A stretch of DNA of 64,000 nucleotides from Felis catus (taxonomy: Eukaryota), in contig NC_058368.1 in the NCBI RefSeq assembly GCF_018350175.1, forward strand, positions 125,986,001-126,050,000, written 5' to 3'. Below the pieces are notes generated by a model that saw nothing but the letters and a program-made list of their open reading frames with translations, was not told the DNA's origin and searched no databases. Below, in pieces: positions 61,397 through 64,000 of this stretch (positions are counted from its first letter, which is position 1; the number at the start of each line of letters is the position of its first letter). Both the position numbers and the translations under genes were made by a program.

Positions 61397-64000
61397 TTTT
61401 TTTTTTAATATGAAATTTATTGTCAAATTGGTTTCCATATAACACCCAGTGCTCATCCCAATAGGTGCCCTCCGCAATGCCCATACCCACTTTCCCCTCC
61501 CTCCCACCCCCCATCAACCCTCAGTGTATTCTCAGTTTTTGAGTCTCTTATGGTTTGGCTCTCTCCCTCTCTAACTTTTCTTTTCCTTCCCCTCTCCCAT
61601 GGTCTTCTGTTAAGTTTCTCAGGATTCACATAAGAGTGAAAACATACGGTATCTTTCTCTGTATGACTTATTTCACTTAGCATGACACTCTCCATTTCCA
61701 TCCATATTGCTACAAAAGGCCATATTTCATTCTTTCTCACTCGCAAGTAGTATTCCATTGTGTATATAAACCACAATTTTTTTATCCATTCATCACTTGC
61801 TGGACATTTAAGCTCTTTCCATAATTTGGCTATTGTTGAAAGTGCTGCTATAAACATTGGGGTACAAGTGTCCCTATGCATCAGCATGCCTGTATCCCTT
61901 GGGTAAATTCCTAGAAGTGCTATTGTTGGGTCATAGGGTAGGTCTGTTTTTAATTTTTTGAGGAACCTCCACCCTGTTTTCCAGAGGGGCTGCACCAGTT
62001 TGCATTCCCACCAATGGTGCAAAAGATTTCCCGTTTCTCCACATCCTCACCAGCATCTGTAGTCTCCTGATTTGTTCATTTTAGCCACTCTGACTGGTAT
62101 GAGGTGATATCTCAGTGTGGTTTTGATTTGTACTTCCCTGATGAGGAGCGATGTTGAGATAGCTTTGGGTAGTATTGAGCATCTTTTCATGTGCCTGTTG
62201 GCCATCTGGATGTCTTCTTTAGAGAAGTGTCTATTCATGTTTTCTGCCCATTTCTTCCCTGGATTATTTGTTTTTTGGGTGTGGAGTTTGGTGAGTTCTT
62301 TATAGATTTTGGAGACTAGCCCTTTGTCTGATATGTCATTTGCAGATATCTTTTCCCATTCCGTTGGTTGCCTTTTAGTTTTGTTGATTGTTTCCTTTGC
62401 AGTGCAGAAGCTTTTTATCTTCATGAGGTCCCAATAGTTCATTTTTGCTTTTAATTCCCTTTTCTTTGGAGATGTGTCAATTAAGAACTTGCTGTGGCAA
62501 AGGTCAGAGACTTTTTTCCTGCTTTCTCCTCTAGGGTTTTGATAGTTTCCTGTCTCACATTCAGGTCCTTTATCCGTTTTGAGTTTATTTTCGTGAATGG
62601 TGTAAGAAAGTGGTCTAGTTTCATCCTTCTGCATATTGCTGTCCAGTTCTCCCAGCACCATTTGTTAAAGGGACTGTCTTTTTTTCCATTGGATATTCTT
62701 TCCTGCTTTGTCAAAGATTAGTTGGACATACTTTTGTGGGTCTGGTTCTGGGGTTTCTATTCTATTCCATTGTTCTATGTGTCTGTTTTTGTGCCAATAC
62801 CATGCTGTCTTGATGATTACAGCTTTGTAGTAGAGGCTAAAGTCTGGGATTGTGATGCCTCCCTCTTTGGTCTTCTTCAATATTACTTTGGCTATTCGGG
62901 GCCTTTTGTGGTTCCATACAAATTTTAGGGTTACTTGTTCTAGCTTTGAGAAAAATGCTGGTGCAATTTTGATTGGGATTGCATTGAATGTGCTTTGGGT
63001 AATATTGACATTTTAACAATACTTATTCTTCCAATCCATGAGCACAGAGTGTTTTTCCATTGCTTTATATCTTCTTCAATTTCCTTCATAAGCTTTCTAT
63101 AGTTTTCAGCATACAGATCTTTTACATCTTTGGTTAGGTTTATTCCTAGGTATTTTATGCTTCTTTGTGGAGTTGTGAATGGAATCAGTTTCTTTATTTG
63201 TCTTTCTGTTACTTAATTATTAGTGTATAAGATTGCAACTGATTTCTGTAGATTGATTTTGTATCCTGCGACTTTGCTGAATTCATGTATTAGTTCTATC
63301 AGACTTTTGGTGGAGTCCGTTGGGTTTTCCATGTATAGTATCATGTCATTTGCAAAAAGTGAAAGCTTAACTTCATCTTTGCTAATTTTGATGCCTTTGA
63401 TTTCCTTTTGTTGTCTGATTGCTGATGCTAGCACTTCCAACACTATGTTAAACAACAGCGGTGAGAGTGGACATCCCTGTCGTGTTCCTGATCTCAGGGA
63501 AAAAGCTCTCAGTTTTTCCCCATTGAGGGTGATATTAGTTGTGGGCTTATCATAAATAGCTTTTATGATGTTTAAGTATGTTCCTTCTATCCCGACTTTC
63601 TTGAAGGTTTTTATTAAGAAAGGATGCTGAATTTTGTCAAATGCTTTTTGTGCATCAATTGACAGGATCCTATGGTTCTTATCTTTTCTTTTATTAATGT
63701 GATGTATCACATTGATTGATTTGCGAATGTTGAACCAGCCCTGCATCCCAGGAATGAATCCCACTTGATCATGGTGAAGAATTCTTTTTATATGCTGTTG
63801 AATGTGATTTGCTAGTATCTTATTGAGAATTTTTGCATCCATATTCATCAGGGATATTGGCCTGTCGTTCTCTTTTTTTGCTGGGTCTCTGTCTGGTTTG
63901 GGAATCAAAGTAATGCTGGCTTCATAGAATGAGTCTGGAAGTTTTCTTTCCCTTTCTACTTTTTGGGACAGCTTGAGAAGGATAGGTATTATCTCTGCTT
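61397..64000 (-). mobile_element. Felid LINE-1 (3'UTR and ORF2 RT/C-terminus), continues beyond the window
   Basis: Poly-T and the same 3'UTR as the 4.66-kb and 51.9-kb L1s; [44 protein letters not shown] (degenerate FADD); frameshifts. Confidence 0.97.

Overview
Mammalian (felid, most likely Felis) repeat-rich non-coding DNA, identified by about 20 tRNA-derived Can-SINEs including young CpG-rich SINEC_Fc-type copies and by carnivore/felid LINE-1. I found no intact cellular protein-coding exon, RNA gene or CRISPR array. Every ORF in the track that I can recognise is a fragment of LINE-1, SINE, microsatellite or pseudogene. Main features: (1) a full-length minus-strand L1 (4084-15848) with a second, near-full-length, internally deleted L1 of a different lineage nested in its ORF2, both with TSDs, plus two SINEs; (2) two more felid L1s (51.9-52.9 kb; 61.4 kb to the window end); (3) a very old, heavily decayed, intronless alpha-tubulin retro-pseudogene (59284-61126) interrupted by an MLT1 LTR that is itself interrupted by a SINE; (4) a 107-bp, 97%-identical non-tandem duplication of unique DNA 1.6 kb apart; (5) small templated insertions and duplications inside L1s; (6) a strong CTCF motif in an L1 5'UTR; (7) many ancient MIR/L2/MER/MLT relics and a possible RTE-clade relic. 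Repeat family names come from recalled consensus similarity, not from a search. I see no convincing evidence of a new biological system; the points of interest are genome-evolution and repair signatures.
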